From Candidatus Tabaqchalia intestinavium (GTDB lineage Bacteria > Bacillota > Clostridia > Oscillospirales > CAJFTT01), in assembly GCA_904420005.1 (NCBI GenBank), contig CAJFTT010000044.1, forward strand, positions 41,766-105,765: a DNA stretch of 64,000 nt, given 5' to 3'. Below are positions 30,303-39,587 of the stretch, one piece after another (position 1 is the stretch's first letter; every line of letters begins with the position of its first letter). A program made the translations under genes and the position numbers. Below the pieces are notes generated by a model. The model was not told where the DNA came from. It saw nothing but the letters and a program-made list of their open reading frames with translations, and did not search any database.

Positions 30303-33300
30303 TCACGACTCCTGCTCGCTGCTCGCGAGCGGGGCCGCCTGGAGCGTGACCGGGCGCATGGCCGCCGCGCCGGGCAGCGCCAGCGCCTCTTCGGCGCGCA
30401 GGTTCTTTTTGGCGGAGGAGATCATCAGCTTGATGCGGTTGAGCTGGTTGACCTCGCTCGCGCCGGGATCGTAATCGACAGGCATGATGTTGGCCAGCGG
30501 ATATTGCCGGCGCAGCTCCTTGATCATGCCCTTGCCGGTGACGTGATTGGGCAGGCAGGAGAAGGGCTGCGTGCAGACGATGTTCGGCGCGCCCGACTCG
30601 ATCAGCTCCACCATCTCGGCGGTCAGCAGCCAGCCCTCGCCGCAGACGTTGCCCAGCGACAGCACGCCCTTGGCCTTCTCGCTCAGGCGGCGGATGGGCA
30701 GCGGCGGCTCGAACCGGCGGGAGGCCGCCAGCGCGCGGCGCATGGGCTCGCGGTATTTCTCGATCAGCCAGACGCCCGCGTTGCCGGCGAGCTTGGTCTT
30801 CCAGGACATGCCCAGCACGTCGTGCTTGAAGTTGCCGTTATACATCGAATAAAGGAAGAAATCCAGCAGCCCGGGCACGACGGCCTCGCACCCCTCCTGC
30901 TCGATGACGTCGACGACGTGGTTGTTCGCGTCGGGATGGAATTTGACGAGGATCTCGCCCACGACGCCGACGCGCGGCAGCCGCTTGTCCTCGTCGATGG
31001 GCAGCGTGTCGAATTCCTCCACCATCTCGCGCAGGATGCGGCGGTAGGCATAGCGGTTCCTGCCGTCAAAATGGTCCTTGATGATGCCGCGCCATTTTTC
31101 ATACAGCGCGTCCGCCGCGCCGGGGACGTGCTCGTAGGGCCGCACGCGCAGCAGCATGTTCTGGATGGCGTCGCCGAGCACGATGGCCTTGATCACGCGG
31201 TCGACGACGGGCAGCGTCAGCTTGAAGCCCGGGTTTTTCTCCATGCCGGAGAGGTTGACCGACAGCACCGGCACGTTGGGGAAGCCGGCGTCGCGCAGCG
31301 CCTTGCGCAGGAAGGCGATGTAATTGGTCGCGCGGCAGCCGCCGCCGGTCTGGGTGATGAGCACGGTCGTGTTGTCGGGATCGCACGCGCCGCTGGTCAG
31401 CGCGTGCACGAGCTGGCCGACGACGATGATGGAGGGATAGCAGGCGTCGTTGTTGACGTAGCGCAGCCCGGTTTCGATGTCCTCCGGCGTCGCGGTCTCC
31501 AGCAGGTGGATCTTGTAATCGGTCGATTGCAGGGAGGCAACGACGAGGTCGAAATGGATCGGCGACATCTGCGGCGCGATGAGCGTGTGTTTGTCGCGCA
31601 TCTCCTTGGTGAAGGGGATGCGCCGCTGCACATAGCCGCCGCGGTCGCCGTCGGCCGTGTGCCCCTCGCGCTCCTCCAGCACCACCGCGAGCGAGCGCAT
31701 GCGGATGCGCGCCGCGCCGAGGTTGCTGATCTCGTCGATCTTCAGGCAGGTATAAAGCTGGCCGTTGGACTCAAGGATCTCCTGCACCTGGTCGGTCGTC
31801 ACCGCGTCGAGCCCGCAACCGAAGGAATTGAGCTGCACCAGCTCGAGCTGCGGGTTGCCGCAGGTATAGGCCGCGGCGTTATACAGCCGGGAATGATACA
31901 CCCACTGGTCGACGACGCGCAGCGGCCGCCGCACGGGCGTAAGGTGGGAGACGCTGTCCTCCGTCAGCACCGCGAAGCCCAGCGACTGGATCATCTGCGG
32001 GATGCCGTGATTGATCTCGGGGTCGACGTGATAGGGCCGGCCGGCCAGCACGATGCCCCGCCGCCCGCTCTCCTTCAGCTGCGCGACGACCGCCTCGCCC
32101 TGCAGGCGCATATCCTGCCGGAAGGCCTCCTGCTCGCGCACGCCCGCCGTGAGCGCAGCGAGCGCCTCCTGTTTCGTTACGCCGAATTCTTCGAAGGCCG
32201 CCGCCAGCTGCTCGGCGGCTTTCGGCAGGTTCTCCAGGCTGAGGAAGGGCTTCTTGAAGGCGATGTTCCGCTCGCGCAGCACCTCCATGTTGTTCTCGAT
32301 CACCTCGGGATAGGAGGTGACGATGGGGCAGTTGAAGTGATTGTTCGCCTCGGGGTTCTCCTTCGTCTCGTAGGGCATGCAGGGCATGAAAATGGTTTTC
32401 ACCCCGCGGTCGACGAGATCCATGATGTGCCCGTGCGCGAGCTTCGCGGGATAGCATACGCTCTCGGACGGGATGGTCGACATGCCGCGCTCAAAGAGCG
32501 CGTGGTCGCTGCGGCGGCTGAGCACGACCGAGAAGCCCAGGGCCGTGAGCGTCGTAAACCACAACGGGTATTTATCGTACATATTCAGCGCGCGCGGCAC
32601 GCCGATCTGCCCGCGCGGCGCCTGCGAAGCGGGCAGGGGCTTGTAGGAGAACAGCCGGCGGTATTTATATTCCACGAGGTTGGGCAGGGCGTCTTTGGCC
32701 TTCGTCTCGCCCGCGCCGCGCTCGCAGCGGTTGCCGCTGACGAGCCGGCGGCCGTCGAGCGTGGTGATGGTCAGCTTGCAGTGGTTGGCGCAGCGGCCGC
32801 AGATCTCGGAGGAGGTTTCCGGATGGATGCCGGCGGCCAGCTCCTGCGCGGTCACGAGCGTCGAGCGCGCGCCCGCGGCGCAGCGCTCCGCCGCGATGAT
32901 CGCGGCGCCGAACGCGCCCATCAGCCCGGCGATGGAGGGCCGGATGACTTCCCGCCCGCTCACCAGCTCGAAGCAGCGCAGGATGGCGTCGTTATAAAAC
33001 GTGCCGCCCTGCACGACGACATGCCGCCCCATCTGCTCGGGATTTTTGAGTTTGATGACCTTGTAGAGCGCGTTGCGCACGACGGAATAAGCGAGGCCCG
33101 CCGAGATGTCGCCGACGCTCGCGCCCTCCTTCTGCGCCTGCTTGACGCGGCTGTTCATGAACACGGTGCAGCGCGTGCCGAGGTCGACGGGGCGCTCCGC
33201 CTCCATGGCCGCCTGCGCGAGGCCGGCCGGCGTCAGGCCCAGCGACTTCGCGAAGGTCTGGATGAACGAGCCGCAGCCGGAGGAGCAGGCTTCGTTTAAC

Positions 33301-34610
33301 ATGATGGAGTCGACGACGCCGTTTTTGATATGCATGCATTTCATGTCCTGGCCGCCGATGTCGATGATGAAATCGACCGCCGGGTCGAAATACCGCGCCG
33401 CCTTGTAATGGGCGAGCGTCTCGATCTCCCCGTGATCGAAGCGGAAGACCATCTTGAGCAGCTGCTCGCCGTAGCCCGTCGTGCAGGCCGAGGCGATGTA
33501 AGCGCCCGCCGGCAGCGCGGCGTAGACCTCCTTGAGGATGCCTTCGGCCGTCTGCACGGGGTTGCCGTTGTTGGAGGAATAATAGGAATAGAGGATCTCG
33601 CGGCGGCTGTTGATGAGCACCGCCTTGATGGTGGTGGAGCCGGCGTCGAGCCCGAGGAAGCAGGCGCCTTCGTCCTCGCGGGGCGCGCGCTGCGTGACGG
33701 CGGCTTTCGCGTGGCGGGCGAGGAAAGCCGCGCGGTCGTCCGGCGTCTCGAACAGGCGCGGCATACGCTGCACCTCGCTGCCGGTGTCGCGCACGGCCGC
33801 GAGCCGCTCGGCGAGCGCCCGGATGGGCATCGTGCGCGCCGGGTCGGCCAGCTGCGCCGCGCCGAGCGCGACGAACAGGTGCGCGTTCTCCGGCAGCGTG
33901 AAGGAGGTCGCGTCCTTCTCCAGCGCCGTCTCGAAGGCGGCGCGCAGCTCGCTGAGGAAATGCAGCGGCCCGCCGAGAAAGACGATGTTGCCGCGGATGG
34001 GCTGCCCGCAGGCCAGCCCCGCGATGGTCTGGTTGACCACGGCGGCGAGCACCGAAGCGGCGAGGTCCTCGCGCTTCGCCCCGTCGTTGAACAGCGGCTG
34101 CATGTCGCTTTTGGCGAACACGCCGCAGCGCGACGCGATGGAATAGATCATCGTGTGATGCTTGGCCAGCTCGTTGAGCCCCGCGACGTCGGTCTGCAGC
34201 AGGGAGGCCATCTGGTCGATGAAAGCGCCCGTCCCGCCGGCGCAGGAGCCGTTCATGCGCTGGGACAGCACCGGCTTCATGAAGGTGATCTTCGCGTCCT
34301 CGCCGCCCAGCTCGATGACCACGTCCGTCTCCGGCAGCTGCCGCTCGACCGCGGCCGTCGCGGCGACGACCTCCTGCACGAACGGCACGCCGATCCAGCC
34401 CGCGCAGGCCATGCCCGCCGAGCCCGTGATCTGCACGCTGGCCGGCGCGTCGCCGAACTGCTCCGCCATCTCCGAAAAGAGCGCCTGCATGCCGCCGCGC
34501 ACGTCGGACATGTGCCGCCGGTAGCTCTGATGGACGATCCTGTCGTTTTCGTCGAGTAATACGGTTTTTACCGTCGTGGACCCCACGTCCACGCCCAGTC
34601 TGTATTGCAT
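30303..34610 (-). CDS. Giant fusion: two BcrAD/BadFG (HgdC-type) activase ATPase domains plus 2-hydroxyacyl-CoA-dehydratase-like/DUF2229 region
   Basis: 1435 aa from the ATG at 34610 (MQYRLGVDVGSTTVKTVLL). A second ASKHA module starts at CFLGLDAGSTTIKAVLI. The long C-terminal part resembles dehydratase D-component-like domains. The track ORF start at 34769 is an extension. Confidence 0.8.
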   Translation of the reverse strand: MQYRLGVDVGSTTVKTVLLDENDRIVHQSYRRHMSDVRGGMQALFSEMAEQFGDAPASVQITGSAGMACAGWIGVPFVQEVVAATAAVERQLPETDVVIELGGEDAKITFMKPVLSQRMNGSCAGGTGAFIDQMASLLQTDVAGLNELAKHHTMIYSIASRCGVFAKSDMQPLFNDGAKREDLAASVLAAVVNQTIAGLACGQPIRGNIVFLGGPLHFLSELRAAFETALEKDATSFTLPENAHLFVALGAAQLADPARTMPIRALAERLAAVRDTGSEVQRMPRLFETPDDRAAFLARHAKAAVTQRAPREDEGACFLGLDAGSTTIKAVLINSRREILYSYYSSNNGNPVQTAEGILKEVYAALPAGAYIASACTTGYGEQLLKMVFRFDHGEIETLAHYKAARYFDPAVDFIIDIGGQDMKCMHIKNGVVDSIMLNEACSSGCGSFIQTFAKSLGLTPAGLAQAAMEAERPVDLGTRCTVFMNSRVKQAQKEGASVGDISAGLAYSVVRNALYKVIKLKNPEQMGRHVVVQGGTFYNDAILRCFELVSGREVIRPSIAGLMGAFGAAIIAAERCAAGARSTLVTAQELAAGIHPETSSEICGRCANHCKLTITTLDGRRLVSGNRCERGAGETKAKDALPNLVEYKYRRLFSYKPLPASQAPRGQIGVPRALNMYDKYPLWFTTLTALGFSVVLSRRSDHALFERGMSTIPSESVCYPAKLAHGHIMDLVDRGVKTIFMPCMPYETKENPEANNHFNCPIVTSYPEVIENNMEVLRERNIAFKKPFLSLENLPKAAEQLAAAFEEFGVTKQEALAALTAGVREQEAFRQDMRLQGEAVVAQLKESGRRGIVLAGRPYHVDPEINHGIPQMIQSLGFAVLTEDSVSHLTPVRRPLRVVDQWVYHSRLYNAAAYTCGNPQLELVQLNSFGCGLDAVTTDQVQEILESNGQLYTCLKIDEISNLGAARIRMRSLAVVLEEREGHTADGDRGGYVQRRIPFTKEMRDKHTLIAPQMSPIHFDLVVASLQSTDYKIHLLETATPEDIETGLRYVNNDACYPSIIVVGQLVHALTSGACDPDNTTVLITQTGGGCRATNYIAFLRKALRDAGFPNVPVLSVNLSGMEKNPGFKLTLPVVDRVIKAIVLGDAIQNMLLRVRPYEHVPGAADALYEKWRGIIKDHFDGRNRYAYRRILREMVEEFDTLPIDEDKRLPRVGVVGEILVKFHPDANNHVVDVIEQEGCEAVVPGLLDFFLYSMYNGNFKHDVLGMSWKTKLAGNAGVWLIEKYREPMRRALAASRRFEPPLPIRRLSEKAKGVLSLGNVCGEGWLLTAEMVELIESGAPNIVCTQPFSCLPNHVTGKGMIKELRRQYPLANIMPVDYDPGASEVNQLNRIKLMISSAKKNLRAEEALALPGAAAMRPVTLQAAPLASSEQES

Positions 34611-34847
34611 ATGCACAAATTCCTTTCTCCGAAAAGGGCTGGGCCGTCCGGCGCGGGTCCCCGCGGCCGCGGCGGCCGTTTCGCGCCGGCGGCTCCCCCG
34701 GCCCGCCCGAATGCGTGCAGGGCCGCGCGGCGCTTCCTTTATCTTACCTTTTTTTGCGCGCCGCGTCAAGGCGGCGCGCGCCGCTTGGCCGGTATTTCCG
34801 GCTGGTATTTTGCGGCGGATTTTCCAGCGGCGGACGGGGAGGAAAAT

Positions 34848-34880
34848 TTGACAAGCGAAATAAAATAGTGTACACTATTT
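34848..34880 (+). promoter_or_regulatory. Sigma-70 promoter with an 18-bp perfect palindrome over the -10
   Basis: TTGACA (34848-34853), 17-nt spacer, TACACT (34871-34876). AAATAGTGTACACTATTT (34863-34880) is a perfect palindrome spanning the -10. Confidence 0.6.
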
Positions 34881-34934
34881 ACTGATTAGGTTTTTGACCT
34901 AAAATTTTGAAAAGGAAAGAAAGGGAATCACTTC

Positions 34935-36302
34935 ATGGACTCTGACGGTAGTCTGCTTTTGCAGATCGTAGGGCTCATCATTCTCATCGGGATCAACGCA
35001 TTTTTCGCGGCTTCGGAGATCGCGATCCTGCAACTCAACGAAGCCAAGCTCAACCGGCTCGCGGAGGAGGGCAACAAAAAGGCCATCCGATTGGTCAAGC
35101 TGACCCAGCAGCCCAGCCGGTTCCTCGCGACCATCCAGGTCGGCGTGACCTTCGCCGGGTTCTTCGCCTCGGCGGTCGCGGCCTCGAGCTTCACCGGCCG
35201 GATCATGGCGCTGTTTGACCCGGCGTCGTTGTCGGCCACGGCCTACAGCGCGATCAGCACGGCGGTGCTGGTGGTCATCACGCTGCTGCTGTCCTATTTC
35301 ACGCTGGTGTTCGGCGAGCTGGTGCCCAAGCGGGTCGCCATGGAGAAGCCGGACGGCATCGCGATGCGGGTGGCCGGCATCCTCAACGCCTTCTCCAAGA
35401 TCACGCGTCCGTTCGTCGCGTTTCTGGCCTTCTCCACCAACGGCATCTGCCGCCTGCTGGGCATCAACGGCGAGCGGCAGGAGGAGCAGGTCACGGAGGA
35501 AGAGATCCGTATGCTCGTCGACGTCGGGGAAGAGCGCGGCATCATCGACCGGGCGGAAAAGCACATGATCAACAACATCTTCGAGTTTGACGAGCGCAGT
35601 GTGGAGGAGGTCATGACCCACCGCACCAACATCACGGCGGTGTCGCTGGACACCCCGCCGGAGCAGGTGGTGGCGCTCGCGGTGGAGATGGGATATTCCC
35701 GCATCCCGGTGTATAAAGACGACATTGATTCCATCGAAGGGATCCTGTATGTCAAGGACCTGCTGCCGTTTGTGGGCAAGCCGCTGCCGGAGGATTTCCG
35801 CCTCGAGAAGATCGCGCGGCGGCCGCATTTCGTTCCGGAGTCCAACAGCCTCAGCGAGCTGTTCTCCGAAATGAGCCAGCTCAAGCTGCAGATGGCCATC
35901 GTGGTGGACGAATACGGCGGCACGTCGGGCCTTGTGACGATGGAGGACCTGCTGGAGGCCATCGTGGGCAATATCCAGGACGAATACGACGAGGAGGAAG
36001 AGGAGATCGAGAAGATCGGGGAGGACACCTTCGAGATCGAAGGCACCACCTCGCTCGACGACGTCGAGGAAATGCTCGAGACCAAATTCCCGGAAGGCGA
36101 TTACGACACGCTGGGCGGCCTGGTGCTGGATATCCTCGGCCGGATCCCGTCCGAGCAGGAGCACCCCGCCGTGGAGGTGGGGGGATACCGCTTCCTCGTG
36201 CAGGAGGTCGCGGACAACCGCATCGTCACCATCATCGCCACCAAGCTGCAGGAGGCGCCGGCGGAAGCGGCCGCCGCGCAGCAGGGCAAAGAAGGCGCGT
36301 GA
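34935..36302 (+). CDS. CNNM/TlyC-family protein (DUF21 membrane domain, CBS pair, CorC_HlyC domain)
   Basis: The N-terminal DUF21-like TM region (LQIVGLIILIGINAFFAASEIAI) is followed by a CBS-pair region and a C-terminal CorC/HlyC-like domain. 455 aa. Confidence 0.85.
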   Translation: MDSDGSLLLQIVGLIILIGINAFFAASEIAILQLNEAKLNRLAEEGNKKAIRLVKLTQQPSRFLATIQVGVTFAGFFASAVAASSFTGRIMALFDPASLSATAYSAISTAVLVVITLLLSYFTLVFGELVPKRVAMEKPDGIAMRVAGILNAFSKITRPFVAFLAFSTNGICRLLGINGERQEEQVTEEEIRMLVDVGEERGIIDRAEKHMINNIFEFDERSVEEVMTHRTNITAVSLDTPPEQVVALAVEMGYSRIPVYKDDIDSIEGILYVKDLLPFVGKPLPEDFRLEKIARRPHFVPESNSLSELFSEMSQLKLQMAIVVDEYGGTSGLVTMEDLLEAIVGNIQDEYDEEEEEIEKIGEDTFEIEGTTSLDDVEEMLETKFPEGDYDTLGGLVLDILGRIPSEQEHPAVEVGGYRFLVQEVADNRIVTIIATKLQEAPAEAAAAQQGKEGA

Positions 36303-36339
36303 TGCAGGCGGACCTGCCTTATAGATTTCATCATCCCAG

Positions 36340-36374
36340 AAAGCGGAGCGTCGTTTGGGCGCTCCGCTTTTTTG
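36340..36374 (+). terminator. Rho-independent terminator after the CNNM-family gene
   Basis: Stem AAAGCGGAGCG / CGCTCCGCTTT with loop TCGTTTGGG, followed by TTTTTTG. Confidence 0.75.
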
Positions 36375-36415
36375 CGCCGGGCGGCGCGGGACGGGCATAA
36401 ATGCGCCGCGAGGAA

Positions 36416-36444
36416 TTGACACCTTCTCCCGGGTATGCTACGAT
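36416..36444 (+). promoter_or_regulatory. Sigma-70 promoter candidate (extended -10) about 430 nt upstream of the glutaminase-like gene
   Basis: TTGACA, 17-nt spacer, TACGAT with TGC immediately upstream of the -10. The predicted leader runs through CRISPR-like repeat units. Confidence 0.5.
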
Positions 36445-36874
36445 GACCTTATTCCCGGCGGACAAGGGGCAACACGGTTTTTCGCGTCCAAGCAGCGACC
36501 GGCTGGGTTTTCCTCGCCCGCGGGCGAGCGCTCGGCTCCTCGTCAGCGAGCCCTGCGCCCGTTTCCCTCCCGAAGAACGCCATAGACCCGGCGGCGAGAG
36601 GGAACGGACACGGGCGCGGCAGAGCGGCGGGCGTGCCGTTTTGCGGAAGAAATCGGAATGGCGCGCGCCCGCGCCCGGCGGCCGCCAGTCTGCCGCGATC
36701 CTGCCCAGAGCGATCTCCCTTCCGCCGCCAGGCCCGCGGCGGCTGCAATGGACGCGGGCGGCGCTAACACGATCGGCGGGCGGGCCTTGATCGCGCCGCG
36801 GCAGAGCGCGCTTCCCCTTCCCGCCCGCGCCGCCGGGAGAAAAAACGAAATGCAAACAGAAAGAAGGAATCGTC

Positions 36875-38935
36875 ATGCAACTGCGCCCCGCGGCTGTGCC
36901 GCTTGTCAACATGGATCCTTATACCAGCGTCTGGTCGATGGCCGACCGCGCGACCGACGACTTCACCCGCCACTGGACGGGCCGCCGCCAGGCGTTGACC
37001 GGCCTCGCGGAGATCGACGGCAGGCTCTACCGCTTCCTGGGCAGGACGAGCCTCGACAGCCGCCTGTATGCCCCGGAGCCGCCTGCCATGGCGCAGAGAT
37101 CCGTCACGGTCGCCGCGCTGACGACTGATTACGTCCTGGAGGCCGACGGCGTCCGCCTGACGCTGACCTTTTTCTCCCCGCATTTCCTCGACGACCTGCC
37201 GCTGCTCTCCCGCCCCGTCTGCTTCGTGCAGCTCGCCCTGGAGGCGCTGGACGGGCGCTCGCACCGCGTGCGCGTGTGGTTCGACGCGTCGGCCGAGCAC
37301 TGCGTCAACCGGGACGACGCCGAGATCACCATCCGCCGGGAGAGCAACGCGGTCTATGACGCGCTCGTCATGGGCAACGCCGAGCAGAAGCCGCTGTGCG
37401 AGCAGGGGGACACCGTCACCATCCATTGGGGCTACCTGCATCTTATCGCCGGCAAGGGCAGCGGCTGGGAGCTGTTCACCTGGAACGACAACGCGCGCTA
37501 CGATCATTTCCGCTGGACCAAAGAGGACAAAGCGCGCTACAGCTTTCTCGACTATTTCTTCCCCAACAGCGGGGAATACGAGGAAGGCAAGCCCTACCGC
37601 GTGGACGAATCCTTCCCCATGCTCGCGGCGCGCGCCGACGTGGCGCTCGCGGCGGGGGAGACGCGCGTGCTGCGGCTGTGCCTGCTGTATGACGACGGAA
37701 AAGCCATCAACTATTTCGGCACCCCGCGCGATGCTTACTGGAAAAAGGACGGCGCGACGGCGGCGGACATCGCGGCGGACAGCGTGACGCGGTTCGACGA
37801 ATATCTCACGCGCGCGCGGCAGTTCAGCCGGGCGGCTTACGCCGACGCCTGCCGCGCCGGTGGGGAGCAATACGCGCAGCTGACGGCGCTCGCTTTCCGC
37901 CAGGCGGTCAACGCCCACAAGCTCATCGCCGACGAGAACGGCGAAGCGGTGTTCCTGTCCAAGGAATGCAACTCCAACGGCTGCATCGGCACCGTCGACA
38001 TCAGCTATCCGTCGATGCCGATGTTCGTGCTGTACAATCCCGAGCTGGTGCTGGGCATGATGCGCCCCATCCTGCGCTACGCCGCGTCCGACGCCTGGCC
38101 GCATCCGTTCTCCCCGCACGACGTGGGCGTGTACCCCAACGCGGTGGGGCAGGTTTACAGCGGCACCAGCCCCGAAGGGCAGATGCCGGTCGAGGAATGC
38201 GGCAATATGCTGCTGATGACGGCGGCCGCGACGTTCGCCACGGGCGATCTCGCGTTCTTCCGCCAGCATTACGCCACCCTGCGGCAATGGTGCGACTATC
38301 TGCTCGCGCACGCGCAGGATCCGGAGAACCAGCTGTGCACCGACGACTTCACCGGCCACCTCGCGCACAACGCCAATCTCGCCGTCAAGGGCATCTGCGC
38401 CATCGGCGCGTTCGGCCGCCTGTGCGGCATGGACGGGCGGCGGGAGGAGGAGACGCAGCTGCTCTCCCGCGCGCGGGAAATGGCGGAGACCTGGCGCACG
38501 CTCGCGCGCGACGAGGCCGGGCATTACCGGCTGGCCTACGACCTGCCCGGCAGCTGGAGCCTCAAATATAACCTCGTCTGGGATCAGGTCTTCGGCCTGG
38601 GGCTGTTCGATGCGGAGGTGTACCGCACGGAGGCGGCGCTCTATCAGCGGAAGCTCCATCGTTACGGCGTGCCGCTCGATTCGCGCGCCGACTTCACGAA
38701 AGTGGATTTCCTGCACTGGGCGTCCATGCTCGGCGGCGATCCCGCACATTTCTCGCGCATCACGGCGCGCATCTGGGACATGGTCAACGAGACGCCCGAC
38801 CGCTATGCCTTCAACGACTGGTACATGACCTCCACGGCCCGCCGGTGCTATTTCATCAACCGCGCGGTCATCGGCGGCCTGTTCCTGCGCCAGCTGGAGG
38901 CCGACGGCAGGCTCTACCGCGCCTGGGAGCGCTGA
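36875..38935 (+). CDS. Glutaminase-A-like protein (DUF4964/DUF5127/DUF4965/DUF1793 architecture)
   Basis: 686 aa. The N-terminus LRPAAVPLVNMDPYTSVWSMADRATDDFTRHWTG and the overall length match this family as I recall it. AGAAGGAA RBS. Confidence 0.7.
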   Translation: MQLRPAAVPLVNMDPYTSVWSMADRATDDFTRHWTGRRQALTGLAEIDGRLYRFLGRTSLDSRLYAPEPPAMAQRSVTVAALTTDYVLEADGVRLTLTFFSPHFLDDLPLLSRPVCFVQLALEALDGRSHRVRVWFDASAEHCVNRDDAEITIRRESNAVYDALVMGNAEQKPLCEQGDTVTIHWGYLHLIAGKGSGWELFTWNDNARYDHFRWTKEDKARYSFLDYFFPNSGEYEEGKPYRVDESFPMLAARADVALAAGETRVLRLCLLYDDGKAINYFGTPRDAYWKKDGATAADIAADSVTRFDEYLTRARQFSRAAYADACRAGGEQYAQLTALAFRQAVNAHKLIADENGEAVFLSKECNSNGCIGTVDISYPSMPMFVLYNPELVLGMMRPILRYAASDAWPHPFSPHDVGVYPNAVGQVYSGTSPEGQMPVEECGNMLLMTAAATFATGDLAFFRQHYATLRQWCDYLLAHAQDPENQLCTDDFTGHLAHNANLAVKGICAIGAFGRLCGMDGRREEETQLLSRAREMAETWRTLARDEAGHYRLAYDLPGSWSLKYNLVWDQVFGLGLFDAEVYRTEAALYQRKLHRYGVPLDSRADFTKVDFLHWASMLGGDPAHFSRITARIWDMVNETPDRYAFNDWYMTSTARRCYFINRAVIGGLFLRQLEADGRLYRAWER

Positions 38936-39136
38936 ATACGAATGCGCCGCGCCGGCGGCCCCCGCCGAACGGAAGCGCGCAGGGCGGCCGCCTGCCGCCC
39001 CCCAGCGGGCGAATCTGCCCCGGCCGGGCGGAAGGCCACGCCGGGGGGTAGGTACCGTCAGTCGTCGCGTCCACAGGCGCAGCCGGGACAGCGCGTGCAT
39101 GGTTCGCGGGCGCGGCCGGGGCTGCGGCGACAGCTC

Positions 39137-39400
39137 GGTTCCCGGACCTGCGGGGGCACGCATCCCGCCGTTCTTGAACGCCTTGTAAAACTGGTTCATT
39201 CCCCAGACCTGCGGGGGCACGGCGATCCGCCGCACGCCTCATTCATACGCGTTCGATCCCCAGGCCCGCGGGAAACGGGCTTTGCCGGCTCTGGCCGTCG
39301 GAAAGCAAGCGCATCGGTCCCCGAACCTGCGGGGGACGGGCGTACAGCTATCGCCTTTGCAAAGGCATATGTTTCTCGCTCCCCGGCCATAAAGGCGGGC
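39137..39400. CRISPR. Degenerate orphan CRISPR-like array (5 clear units)
   Basis: Units are GGTTCCCGGACCTGCGGGGGCACG (39137), CATTCCCCAGACCTGCGGGGGCACG (39197), CGATCCCCAGGCCCGCGGGAAACGG (39254), CGGTCCCCGAACCTGCGGGGGACGG (39315) and CGCTCCCCGGCCATAAAGGCGGGCGG (39377). Spacing is 58-61 nt. Spacer-like segments have ordinary mid-GC composition, for example CATCCCGCCGTTCTTGAACGCCTTGTAAAACTGGT. Confidence 0.5.
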
Positions 39401-39509
39401 GGCGTTCCCGCCTCCCGCCCCGTTTTCCCCGCGGCAGACCCGGCCCGCCGCCCCGGCAAAATGCCGGATTTTCCCCGCCCCGGCAACGAAAAATTTACAG
39501 CCCCCGCCC

Positions 39510-39539
39510 TTGATTCCGGCGGGGGCTTTGGTATATAAT
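39510..39539 (+). promoter_or_regulatory. Sigma-70 promoter candidate for the NifU-like/GGGtGRT pair
   Basis: TTGATT, 18-nt spacer, TATAAT. Confidence 0.55.
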
Positions 39540-39587
39540 GAATGCGCAACGAAAAGCCTGTCGATTTCATACGAAAGGGGTTCTCTC

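Noticed and set aside
36555-36600. Short resemblance of CCCGTTTCCCTCCCGAAGAACGCCATAGACCCGGCGG to part of 5S rRNA (..CCGAAC..GAAACGCCGTAGCGCCGATGG..).
   Set aside because: Only about 35 nt match loosely, and no flanking 5S helices or rRNA operon context are present. The segment belongs to the periodic repeat family, so this is most likely chance.
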